DNA from: an uncultured bacterium
GTDB lineage: Bacteria; Chloroflexota; UBA5177; JANWHV01
Reading direction: 5' to 3'
NCBI GenBank assembly: GCA_963827235.1
Contig: CAWHAE010000016.1
Coordinates: 1,088,001-1,152,000 of the forward strand
Length of the DNA stretch: 64,000 nt
Part shown: one piece after another, positions 18,575 through 28,534 of the stretch
Layout of the letters: each line of letters starts with the position of its first letter
How positions within the stretch are numbered: the stretch's first letter is position 1
Program-made: the position numbers and the translations under genes
The notes under the pieces: generated by a model
Told to the model about the DNA's origin: nothing
Databases searched by the model: none
The model's input: only the letters and a program-made list of their open reading frames with translations

Positions 18575-20716
18575 ATGGAGAATAGAGGCGCGACGCCGGC
18601 AAGTGATACCCAACCCGACATACTGATCGAGATGGACCCTGTGCCGACGATCGCCTACCGGTCCGGCCTGACGGTGTACGAGGAATCCCTGATCGATGGC
18701 CGTCTCGTGGCGCGGGGCTGGAATGGTGCCGGTTTCATCAACCCCTGGGAAGATGCGCGCATCGATCCGTCACGCCATCCAACGCCGTTCACCTTCTGGC
18801 TGGAGATCGACGGCCAGTTACTCCACGCTCAATGGCTGTGGACCGGCCAGACGCATGAGGTCCAGGCCGGCAAACTGCACGTAGCCGTCGAGCTGCGGCA
18901 CAGCGTGCGACCGGTGACCGTGCGCGTGCATACTCTCCTGGACGGCACGCCGATCTTGACGCGCTGGCTCGAGATCACAAACACGTCGGATCAACCGGCA
19001 AGCCTCTCGGCCGCTTACCCCTGGTGCGGTGTGCTCCACTCCAGCACACGGCGCGACACCTATGAGGCGGCGGTGGCCGGCAAGCTCTTTGCCGCCGGCT
19101 ATATGGACGATAGCCATTGGGGAAAAGAAGGTAACTTCGTCTGGCACTCGCTGCCCGCTGCCGAGTATCGCGTGGCCGGGCGGTATCGCCGTGGGCGTCA
19201 CCGGCATCCACTGTTCATCGTGCGCAACGAGGTCACGGGCGAGCACTTCATCGCTCAGCTTGCCTGGTCCGGGGGGTACTCGTTCGCCTTCGACCTGGAC
19301 GTCGAGGAGGATCATGCGTACGATGGCGGTACCAGCTGCGCCACCAGCCTGTTCTTTAAGATAGGTCCCGACGCGCCCGCCCCCCTGCGCGTGTTGGAGC
19401 CTGGCGAAACGATCGTCTCGCCGGAAGTCCACCTGGGGATGGTGCTCGGCGATCTGGATGCTGCCGTGCAGGCCATGCACGATCACGTGCGGCGCAGTGT
19501 GATGCTGCCGGAAGTGATCGCGCGTCCGGCACCGGTTGAGTCCGGTATCGGGCCGGAGCTGGAGATCACCGAGGAAGCAGTATTCCAGATGATCGAAGGG
19601 GGAGCCTCGCTCGGAGCCGAGGTTTTCTTCATCGACGCAAGCTGGTACGCACCGCCGCACAGCGACTGGTGGGACACGGTGGGAGACTGGCAGGTCGGCA
19701 GCAGATTTCCGCGCGGCCTCAAGCCGTTCCGCGACCGAGCGCATGAGCTCGGCATGAAGTTCGGCCTCTGGATGGAACCCGAGCGTCTCGGCCACGGCAG
19801 CGCGACCGCGGCGGCTCACTCTGAATGGATCGCCACCGGCTATGATGGCCGACCCTCGCGCGGCCACCTCGATCTGACTCGGCCCGACGCCGCCGCCTGG
19901 ATGGAAGAACAGATCGGCCGGCTCCTCACTGAGCACGAGCTCGACTTCTTCAGGCTGGACTACAATATCGACGCCGGCGCCGGATTCCAGACTCTCCGGC
20001 ACGGCTTCAGCGAGAATCACTACTGGCGCTACTACGACGCGCTGTACGCGCTGTTCACACGGCTGCGCGAGCGATTCCCCGACGTGATCTTCGAGAACTG
20101 CGCGAGCGGCGGCGCACGTACCGACATCGGCATGGTGCGCCGGTTTGATCACTCTTGGGTCACTGATTGGCAGATTGCGCCCCGCTCGTTCTGGATCATC
20201 AACGGCATGACGATCGCTCTGCCGCCGGAGCACGTGGACCGCGTATTTGGCGGCCAGAATGCCCATGTGCGGGCGCACATTGATTTTCAGGCACGACTCT
20301 TGCTGTTCGGCCGCCCAACCGTCGGCATCATCCACGCCAGCCCGCTGCAGCACGAGCGGCTTAAGCACGTGGTGGAGATCTATAAGTCGGTGGTGCGCCC
20401 AGTTCACCGCACAGCTCGCATCTATCATCACACGCCCAGCGCCGCGGGCAGCGACCATCCCGGCTGGGGCGTGCTGGAGTTGGCTGCGCAGGATCGGAAG
20501 CGCGCCGTCGCCGCCCTGTTTCGCCTGGGCGACGCAGTGCCGGAGTATCGATTCCGACCGCGCGGACTCGACGTTTCCCGCACCTATGCGGTGACGTTCG
20601 ACAATACAAATCAGACGTGCAACCTGGACGGCGGCCAATTGCTCGTGCACGGCATTCCGGTCCGCCTGGAGAGCGCGCTGACATCCGAGCTGCTGCTGTT
20701 CGAAGCCGTGGATTAG
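18575..20716 (+). CDS. GH36 alpha-galactosidase-family glycosidase (cytoplasmic)
   Basis: GAGGAG RBS, FIDASWY, FGLWMEPER, FRLDYN, FENCASGGARTD, GH36 C-terminal RGLD...YAV. Confidence 0.88.
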   Translation: MENRGATPASDTQPDILIEMDPVPTIAYRSGLTVYEESLIDGRLVARGWNGAGFINPWEDARIDPSRHPTPFTFWLEIDGQLLHAQWLWTGQTHEVQAGKLHVAVELRHSVRPVTVRVHTLLDGTPILTRWLEITNTSDQPASLSAAYPWCGVLHSSTRRDTYEAAVAGKLFAAGYMDDSHWGKEGNFVWHSLPAAEYRVAGRYRRGRHRHPLFIVRNEVTGEHFIAQLAWSGGYSFAFDLDVEEDHAYDGGTSCATSLFFKIGPDAPAPLRVLEPGETIVSPEVHLGMVLGDLDAAVQAMHDHVRRSVMLPEVIARPAPVESGIGPELEITEEAVFQMIEGGASLGAEVFFIDASWYAPPHSDWWDTVGDWQVGSRFPRGLKPFRDRAHELGMKFGLWMEPERLGHGSATAAAHSEWIATGYDGRPSRGHLDLTRPDAAAWMEEQIGRLLTEHELDFFRLDYNIDAGAGFQTLRHGFSENHYWRYYDALYALFTRLRERFPDVIFENCASGGARTDIGMVRRFDHSWVTDWQIAPRSFWIINGMTIALPPEHVDRVFGGQNAHVRAHIDFQARLLLFGRPTVGIIHASPLQHERLKHVVEIYKSVVRPVHRTARIYHHTPSAAGSDHPGWGVLELAAQDRKRAVAALFRLGDAVPEYRFRPRGLDVSRTYAVTFDNTNQTCNLDGGQLLVHGIPVRLESALTSELLLFEAVD

Positions 20717-20737
20717 CGGAGGTCTAGTGGCCCGGCT

Positions 20738-21304
20738 TTAGCCTGGCCTCTCATACAGTAGCAAGTCGCTGCCCGGCGCTTCAGCTATCTCTACGCGGAG
20801 GCAAGCCAGCTCTTCTCCCAACATCTGCACGGTCCTGGCTTCATCCACAAACGTCAGGGCATACTCCGCTGCCGGTTCCAGCGCCTGCAGGCAGATCTCC
20901 GCGCTTGCGCTCGTGCTATTGGGACGGCGGAAAAGCAATGCGAATCCCTGGTACAGATCCGGCCGGTCGAACTGCCAGCCGCACCATGCATCTTCGCTCA
21001 GGCTGATGGGCAGCAGCGGAAAGCAATTACCCAGATAGAGCGGGCGGAGCCGCTTGAACTCGTCGACCAACTGCCGGGCTCGCGCGACATCCTGCGGGAT
21101 GGAGTCGCTGCGTGGGTCGACGGGCACGCTGCACCCTACCGTGGCCGTGCATCGCACTACGTAGGGCTCGTAATGATAGGTGCCCGCGCTATGCAACGGA
21201 ACATAGAAACTCAGACCTGCCGTCTGCACCTGATCGTACACGGTATAGGCCTCTCCCTGGCAGGATGTCTCACTGCGGGTCAGTGAGCCCAGGCTGCGGC
21301 TGAG
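20738..21304 (-). pseudogene. C-terminal remnant of a fifth GH36-like gene
   Basis: LSRSLGSLTRSE...QTAGLSFYVP...GNCFPLLP...WCGWQFDRPD aligns with the C-terminal third of the neighbouring GH36s. The catalytic N-terminal part is absent. Confidence 0.75.
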
Positions 21305-22665
21305 CTAGAACAGCCCCAGCGGGCAGGACGGCCTGCGCGGGAAAAGCACGTTCAGGAGCGGCGCGACCGGTGCCGTACTAAAGCAATCGGGTCGCGCATG
21401 GTTCAACTGGTCCATGTTGCGATGCCCGAACAGCAACTGCAGAAATGTGAGATCGGGCAACGAAGCGTCGCCATCGGCCAGCCGCGCGGGCTGATAGCTG
21501 CCGACATCTCGCAGCATACCGCTAGCGAAGGTGAGAGCCAGGCGCGCATGGTAAAGGTTGAGCCGCAGCGTGCCGCTGTAGCCATCGACAACGCTCCCGC
21601 GCAGCCGTCGCTCCAGAACAGGAGCGATGTGGCGGAGAAAGGCAGGCAAATCTCGAACGCGCACATACCAGGCATAGGACCCGGCCAGCTGGTCAAGATG
21701 CCTGTCCAGGGCCTCGTAGGCGGGGTGCGCGGTACCGAAGGACCAGCGCAGACCCTGCAGCGGCTTCTTGCGATGGTTGTTCATGTCGTCTACGTACAGC
21801 TTCAGGGCACGACCGGCAAATTCGCAGACACTCTGCAGCGAGGTTCCCGGCGACGCGGCAACTTCATATATTGTCAGCGCCGCTGCCTCGTGGTCAATAT
21901 CCTCGATCCGAGTCGTCAAGTACCCTGTCGCCACGCCGGCCAGATTCTCCACCATCCAGACATCGTAGCCAAACCCGTCAGGGTGCGCGCCGTCGACGAT
22001 CCATCGCCATTGCTCCATGTCGCGCAAACAGTACACCATGCTGGCCCGACAATAGTGCGCATAGAGCTCGGTCAGCTCCGGAATGTCCTTTACCATGCCG
22101 CGTCGTAGACGATACGTCTCCTGTTGATCTTTTTTCAGCGCGACGAGCTGATGCCAGTTCTGGCGGCGGTGCCCGCCCAGATCGAGCGCCATCTCGTAAC
22201 CGAATTGGCGGTAATACCAGGGAATACCAGTAATCGCCTGCACCTGCTCGCCGCGTCCGGCGCTCCTGGCATGGATCGCGTCCATTTGTATCCGGATCAG
22301 GCCTTTTCGACGGTACGCGGGGTCCGTGCCCACCAGCTCAATACGGCCGACACCAACTGGTACATCCTCATGGCTCAACGTCTGCGAGATGAGGCAGAGC
22401 GTGGAAACGATGCGATCACCCTGGTCTTGGTCGACCACGACCGTGAAATCGCCGGGCCCGGTGGTCGGATGCTCGCCGCCGAGCAGGTCACGAGTCCAGC
22501 GCCCACCCATTCGAGCGGCCGGCCTGAGCCGTCGAGGTGGAGGTTGGCGTTAAAGTCTGCTAAAGCATCGAGGTCTGCCTGCGTAACCTGGCGCAGCACC
22601 AATCCATCGCCCAGCGCGCGCGGAAGAGCCTGCGCGAGCCCTGCTTGTTTCGTTACGTCGATCAT
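21305..22665 (-). pseudogene. GNAT (Eis-like) acetyltransferase, frameshifted near 22505
   Basis: N-terminus MIDVTK...LPRALGDGLVLR...PLEWVG continues in another frame as GRWTRDLL...VGTDPAYRRKGL...GIPWYYRQFGYE. Adding one G to a G-run restores the frame, so this is either a real lesion or a sequencing error. Confidence 0.75.
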
Positions 22666-23131
22666 GGAGGCCTGCTTGCTCCCACAATGTCGTCGCACCT
22701 TGACGGATTCCACCTAATCTTTGCCCTGAGTGCAAGTCGTGCCAAAGTGTTCGCCCTCCAATTGTGCTCTCGCCGTATCCGACGGTCAAGGCATATGCTG
22801 CAGCTCCCAGGTTGTAGTGCCAAGACATGAGCCTCGTCCGCAGTCGCAGGGTGGAGAGACGACTCTCGCACAGCTGCACATGCCGGCTTGCGTACGCGGC
22901 GCGCTGCCGGCGTTGAAAGCGCCCCAACAGAGCGGAAGGTCCCGTTCGCATGCGCAGAAGGCGTCACGCGAGATTATGTCCGCGACGTGGCGACCGGGCG
23001 CTGATGGAAACGTGGCTGTGATTGCAAATGCCTGGGAACCATGCGGTCCGGGTGCTAAACTGCCCGGCAGACGCCTGCGACGATCGCCGGTAGATTTCCA
23101 GCTGAAGAGTCCCGGTCTGGAGACACTGTGC

Positions 23132-24121
23132 ATGGCTGCCGATACCCAAACTACTAACGTACAGGAAGGACTTCTCCAGCAGAAAATCGACCCCTACCTT
23201 ACAGACGCGAATCTATCCGCTCTTGCCACGCAAGCGCTCGGTGTCAGGACGCGGTGCGCCGGCCACACGGTTCTGACAGGAGGTTGCTGGAACAGGGTGA
23301 TAGCCGTATCGACCGACGGCGCGCCGCGAGAACTTGTCTTCAAGATCACGCCGAACCCAGTGGATACAGCGCTACAACGAGAGTTCAAGGTGCTTCGCCA
23401 CTTTCGTGCCTGCACTGCCTTGCCCGTCCCCGAGCCGCTTCTGCTCGACCCGAGCGGCGAAAGAATTCCGGGCAGCGTGCTCGTCATGGAGAAGATGCCG
23501 GGGACATCGCTGCATGAGGTCTACTCGCACCTGCGTGCCGAGGAACGCACCCTAATCTCCACACAGATCGCCGAGCATCTCGCCGATTTGCACACTCACC
23601 AGGCCACCGGCTTCGGCGGCGTCGAAGTGCCCCCCGAGCAGCGGGCTGCCACGTGGCTGGATTTCTGGTTTCCACGCTACGATGCCACGCTCACCGAGAC
23701 CCAGGCAATCGGTACTGTGCCAGACGCTTTGCTGACGGAGCTGCATGATCTCCGGCGCCATATTCCAGCGCTGCTGGATATCGGACCGATCGGCACGCTC
23801 ACGCACTACGATATCTGGACCGGCAATGTGATGGTGGATCTCGGTGGACAGTATCCGCGCATCATCGGCTACCTGGACTTGATGGGATACTATGGCGACT
23901 ATGCGCGTGAGCTGTCGTCTATGTTCGGACTGGCCGATCGCCGGCTCATGCAAGTCTATGGGCAGCGACACGGATTCGACCAGACCTTTGAGGCGCGATT
24001 CACCCTGTACAGCCTGAAGATGTGTTTACAGCTGGTGAATATGTACCCAGGCAGCCCGCGCCACTTAACGAACACATACCGCTATCTGCACGCTATTCAG
24101 GGCTACGTCGGCGCCAAGTAG
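23132..24121 (+). CDS. Aminoglycoside phosphotransferase/fructosamine kinase-like phosphotransferase
   Basis: GGCWN, VFK, LPVP, LVMEKMPG, HYDIWTGNVM (Brenner motif), YLD. GGAG RBS before 23132. Confidence 0.85.
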   Translation: MAADTQTTNVQEGLLQQKIDPYLTDANLSALATQALGVRTRCAGHTVLTGGCWNRVIAVSTDGAPRELVFKITPNPVDTALQREFKVLRHFRACTALPVPEPLLLDPSGERIPGSVLVMEKMPGTSLHEVYSHLRAEERTLISTQIAEHLADLHTHQATGFGGVEVPPEQRAATWLDFWFPRYDATLTETQAIGTVPDALLTELHDLRRHIPALLDIGPIGTLTHYDIWTGNVMVDLGGQYPRIIGYLDLMGYYGDYARELSSMFGLADRRLMQVYGQRHGFDQTFEARFTLYSLKMCLQLVNMYPGSPRHLTNTYRYLHAIQGYVGAK

Positions 24122-24241
24122 GCAACGGCCTCGCGACTTGCCTTTTTGTCTGTGGGTCGGCATCAAGCATGATTGTCGGCTGCGTGGGGCATCTGTATAC
24201 TGTTGTCATTCGTCGAGTGGTTCGTGGGTGGAGGGACCAGG

Positions 24242-25159
24242 ATGTTGGTAAACGGCATCATCGCGTCGTCAGTCACGCCGCTAAGCCCGGCAGGTGATCT
24301 ACGTCTAGATCTGCTGCCGGCGCACGTCGAGTGGTTGATCGCCGAAGGGGTCAGCGGTCTTTCGCCACTTGGCAGCGCGGGTGAGTTCTACGCCCTCGAA
24401 GTTGCTGACCGCAAACGTCTCTTGGAGAGCGTGCTGGCGGTCAATGCCGGGCGCACGCACGTGATGGCGGGAACGCACCATTACGCCACGCACTTCACCG
24501 TCGACCTATCGCGGCACGCCCAAGCTGCCGGCGCCAACTCCCTGCTGGTCGCGCCTCCCTACTACAACACGCCGTCGATTCCCCAAGCTATGGACCATTA
24601 TCGCAGGCTTGCCGATGCCGTGGACATTCCGGTGGTCCTCTACCACAACGTGAGCGGTACACGGGTCGACTTCCGCACTGAGCATCTCCTGACGCTGTTC
24701 GAGGAGGGAGCGATCGCAGGGGTGAAGATGTCCAACTCCGACCCCGATCGTATCTGTTCTTTGCTCCAAGCAACCGACGGGAGGCTCGTCGTCTATGCCG
24801 GCATTGACACCGTCGCCTTCGAAGGCCTCTGCCATGGGGCACACGGCTGGATCTCCGGTATTCCCAGCATCGTGCCGCGGGCAGCACGGGAGTTCTATGA
24901 GACGATCGCGACACGGGGTGACCTCGTGTCGGCCCGCCGGCAATGGTGCCGACTGGCCCCGCTGATGAGACTGGTGTTTGCCGGACATATCCGCGGCACG
25001 GGCCAGGAGCCTCACTGGTTGAGCATCATGAAGGCCGCGCTCAACATGATTGGGCCGCCGGTCAACGATCCGCTGTCGCCGGTCCAGCCATTGGATACGG
25101 CCACTCGGGAGCAACTGGCGGGGATGCTGCGCGATCTCGGCTATGCCGTTCACGCCTGA
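24242..25159 (+). CDS. DapA/NanA family aldolase/dehydratase/deaminase
   Basis: GSAGEF, PPYY, VVLYHN, Schiff-base Lys in GVKMS. GGAGG RBS. Confidence 0.9.
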   Translation: MLVNGIIASSVTPLSPAGDLRLDLLPAHVEWLIAEGVSGLSPLGSAGEFYALEVADRKRLLESVLAVNAGRTHVMAGTHHYATHFTVDLSRHAQAAGANSLLVAPPYYNTPSIPQAMDHYRRLADAVDIPVVLYHNVSGTRVDFRTEHLLTLFEEGAIAGVKMSNSDPDRICSLLQATDGRLVVYAGIDTVAFEGLCHGAHGWISGIPSIVPRAAREFYETIATRGDLVSARRQWCRLAPLMRLVFAGHIRGTGQEPHWLSIMKAALNMIGPPVNDPLSPVQPLDTATREQLAGMLRDLGYAVHA

Positions 25160-25208
25160 CACTCGCACGCGACTCACCGGCCTGTGAACAAGCTGGAGAC
25201 GTGCCACC

Positions 25209-26294
25209 GTGGAGAGTAAGCAGGGCATGGGGAATCCTGTTACGGTGCCCGCTTCCGACCTGGCAGTGTTTGCGGCACAGCTCCTTGCTGCCGCGGGCCT
25301 GTCCAGCGCCGACGCGGAACAGACCGCTCACATTCTGGTTGAAGCCAACCTGCGCGGCGTCGACACGCATGGTGTCGCCCTCCTCTCGCTCTACGTCAGG
25401 CAACTGCGGCGCGGATTGGTCAACGCCAAGCCCCAGCGGACATTCACCCGCCGCCGCGCGGCGGTCGGGATACTCGACGCCGACCACGGCCTGGGCCATG
25501 TCGCGACTGCGCAGGCGATGGAGCACGCCGTGCGCATGGCCAAGGAGGCAGGCGTGGCCACTGTCCTGGTGAGGAACTCGAACCACTTCGGCGCCGCGGC
25601 GTACTACGCCATGCTCGCGTCGCGGCAGGGCTGCATTGGCACGGTGTGGTCGCCCGCTGAAGCCAGCGTGGTGCCGTTCGGTGGCCGCCAACGGTTCTTC
25701 GGCACGAATCCCATTGCCATATCGGCCCCTGCAGGCGCGCGCTACCCGGGATTCACCGTGGACATGGCGACCAGTGTCGTGGCGGGCGGGAAGATTGCGC
25801 AGGCAGGCAAGAACCACGAGACCATCCCGGCGGGTTGGGCGATAGACCGCGACGGGCAGCCTGTGGAGCAGCCGTCGGATGACGACGAGGTACTCCGAAC
25901 ATACTCGTTGCTGCCGGTTGGTGGTGCCAAGGGCTACGGACTGGCAACGATGATCGAGTGGACCTCGTCGCTCCTGACGGGCATGCAATGGGGGCCGACG
26001 ATCCCGCGCTGGAGCGACAACCTGGCGGAGCCTGCGTCGATAGCCCACTACGTTCAAGCGCTCGACGTCGAAGCGTTCGTGCCCCTGGATCAGTACCGAC
26101 AACGCGTCGACGAGTTCTGTGCGAGCCTGAAGAGCGTGCCGACTGCCGAGGGACATCTGGAGGTCCTGCTCCCTGGTGAACCGGAGCTCGCTAGGGTTCG
26201 CCAAAGAGCGCGGACTGGATGCCCGCTCACAAACCACGTGAGGTCGATACTCTCTGCACTGGGCACCGAGTATGGAATCCGCCCGCCCTTCTGA
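25209..26294 (+). CDS. Ldh_2 (malate/L-lactate/ureidoglycolate dehydrogenase, DpkA-like) oxidoreductase
   Basis: NLRGVDTHG, NSNHFGAA, FGTNP, DMATS, KGYGL, LPGE motifs. Confidence 0.92.
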   Translation: MESKQGMGNPVTVPASDLAVFAAQLLAAAGLSSADAEQTAHILVEANLRGVDTHGVALLSLYVRQLRRGLVNAKPQRTFTRRRAAVGILDADHGLGHVATAQAMEHAVRMAKEAGVATVLVRNSNHFGAAAYYAMLASRQGCIGTVWSPAEASVVPFGGRQRFFGTNPIAISAPAGARYPGFTVDMATSVVAGGKIAQAGKNHETIPAGWAIDRDGQPVEQPSDDDEVLRTYSLLPVGGAKGYGLATMIEWTSSLLTGMQWGPTIPRWSDNLAEPASIAHYVQALDVEAFVPLDQYRQRVDEFCASLKSVPTAEGHLEVLLPGEPELARVRQRARTGCPLTNHVRSILSALGTEYGIRPPF

Positions 26295-26396
26295 CGCAGG
26301 GTATCTCAGAACCGATCCCACCAGACCGTGCGCGATCAGCCGCGGACTTGTCCCCCTCGAGAACGCAAATTCGCCGCAGGCTGCGAAAAGGCTCCG

Positions 26397-27413
26397 TCAG
26401 CGTGGTTCGGGCGGCACAACCGCCAGTCGGCCGGCCCGCAGAGGCCGGCCTTCCAAATAGTCGAGCATTCCGTCGACCGTCGTGGTGCGCACACGGCGTT
26501 CGGCCTCCGCAGAGTGCCACCCGAAATGTGGCGAGAGCACCACGTTGGGCGCATGCAGGATGGGAGCGTTCGGCGGTGGCGGCTCTGCTTGCAGCACGTC
26601 CAGCCCGGCAGCACCCACCTGGCCCTCTCGCAGCGCGTCCGCCAGAGCGGATTCGTCGATCAGGGCGCCACGCGCAACGTTGATCAGTGTCACACCACGT
26701 CGCATGAGGCCGAGTTCGCGCCGGCCGATCATTGCCCGCGTCTCCTCGGTCAGAGGAGGATGTAATGTCACGATGTCGCTCTGGGCAAGCAGCTCATCCA
26801 GAGAGGCAACCATATGGACCCCTTCGGGAGCAGTCGCCACATAGGGATCGAAGGCAACGATGGGCCCGGTGAGAGAACGCAGGCGCTCGATCACTGCCCG
26901 TCCGATCCTGCCGCAGCCGACGACACCGGCTGTCTGCGTATAGAGCGGAGGCACCGGGGTCAGCGTGCGCCACGCGGTCCAGTTTGTACGCGCTACGAGA
27001 TCGCCCTGCACGATGTGCCGATTAAGGGCCAGGAGGAGGGCCACCGCATGTGTGGCGACCTCGTTCGTGGCGTAGTCAGGGCAGTGGAGCACGGCGACGC
27101 CACGTGCCGCGGCTGCCCGGAGGTCGATGGCATCGAGGCCGATACCAGCGCGTCCAACTATGCGCAGGCGCGACCCAAACGAGGCGATCGTCTCTGCCGT
27201 CAGCGGATGTGTCGTGACGACTACGCCATCCGCATCTGACGTGGCCAGCCGGATCTCGTCCGGCGTGGCCAGAGACGACTGACGCACGGTCACCGGCTGG
27301 CCGACAAGGTGCTCCTGTTCGATACCTATGTCACCAAATCCCGCGATCACGAACGTATAGTTATGTGCCACGTTGCCCCCGTCGACTTCCCCCATTCGGA
27401 ACCGTCCGTTCAC
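26397..27413 (-). CDS. D-isomer-specific 2-hydroxyacid dehydrogenase (SerA/CtBP-like)
   Basis: GCGRIG, INVARG, GLDV..EP, SPH. Start uncertain (27395 or 27371 also possible). Confidence 0.92.
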   Translation of the reverse strand: MNGRFRMGEVDGGNVAHNYTFVIAGFGDIGIEQEHLVGQPVTVRQSSLATPDEIRLATSDADGVVVTTHPLTAETIASFGSRLRIVGRAGIGLDAIDLRAAAARGVAVLHCPDYATNEVATHAVALLLALNRHIVQGDLVARTNWTAWRTLTPVPPLYTQTAGVVGCGRIGRAVIERLRSLTGPIVAFDPYVATAPEGVHMVASLDELLAQSDIVTLHPPLTEETRAMIGRRELGLMRRGVTLINVARGALIDESALADALREGQVGAAGLDVLQAEPPPPNAPILHAPNVVLSPHFGWHSAEAERRVRTTTVDGMLDYLEGRPLRAGRLAVVPPEPR

Positions 27414-28534
27414 CTGGTCAGGCTCGGCTCCCTACTGGTCAGACCCTCCCATCGGCATTTCGCTGTCAAGCCCCCGGTGCTATGATGTCGGCGGCACCGG
27501 GTGCTGTCAAGGCTTTGTTGTACCATGCTGCCTGACACGCGACCTTGATGCGGCCGCACCCGGCCTCTTTGTGCGGCTGGGCTAGCGTGGACAACGTCGC
27601 GCCGCCGGCGAGCTGTTCGGCAACGGTATGCCGTGCAGCCGTGAACGTTCTTCGGTGAATCCGCTAGGTTACCCGCTCGACCGGACATAGCCCCTCTGCC
27701 GAGCACTCGTTCAACAGCCGGCGGCTGCCCGTCATAGGACAGGTATTTGCGCGTCCGGTCGGCGCAGCCACGTGACCTGGTCGCCGGTGAACAGGAGGGC
27801 GCTGCCCAGCAGTCCGCAGCCGGCGCCCAGCTCGAAGGTCTGCGTCATGCCTATGGTGCTCAGCAGCCAGGTGCCCAGCATGGGCCCCTGGTCACTTCCT
27901 GCCCTTTCGTTGTTGGGGCTCGGGGCCCGGCTCACACGTGCTACGCAGGTGCACCGCTCTTTCGAACGGCCGCGGAGCCGGCAGTGGGCATCATCATCGG
28001 GTGCTACTGGCTTCCTCAGAGGTCTGCCGCACCACATGCTCCAGATCGGGCTCCGCGACGAAGATCTCGGTCTCCCTGTCCTGCAACCTCCTCGTGCGGC
28101 TGCAGTCGCGTGTAGCGAGGGCTGCGCAGGCATGTCAATGGAAATGGTGTTGACAGTTTACTCGGCGGCCGTTGCAGGCTGCAATGCACTGGCGGCTGCT
28201 GAGTGTCCGGTCACTGCGAATCGCATGCCGCTGCTGAGGAACCGGAAAGTCGGCCGACCGACTGAGTCTGGCATGCTTCTTCGGTCAGTCCTCGCAGAGT
28301 TCGCTCTGTGGTAGCGTACTAGTATAGAATCACCGGAGCAGGTGAGTCAGCATGCAGCCCATCGAACTGCGCGTTTGCCGGGCTGTGTCCTGACACGGCG
28401 TCGGCCAACGGTTGGCTGGCGGCCGTCGATCTCAGCGACCTGGGGTTGGCCGCAGCGGGCGACCTGTGCACGGCTTGCGAGGCACGCGTGCCATTCTGCG
28501 CCGTCGCGGAGGCGGCCGTGACCGACGGGAGAAC

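Noticed and set aside
23132-24121. Antibiotic resistance determinant (APH) and Eis-like GNAT as a resistance pair
   Set aside because: Only fold-level motifs are present. Both families are mostly metabolic and nothing specific points to aminoglycoside modification.
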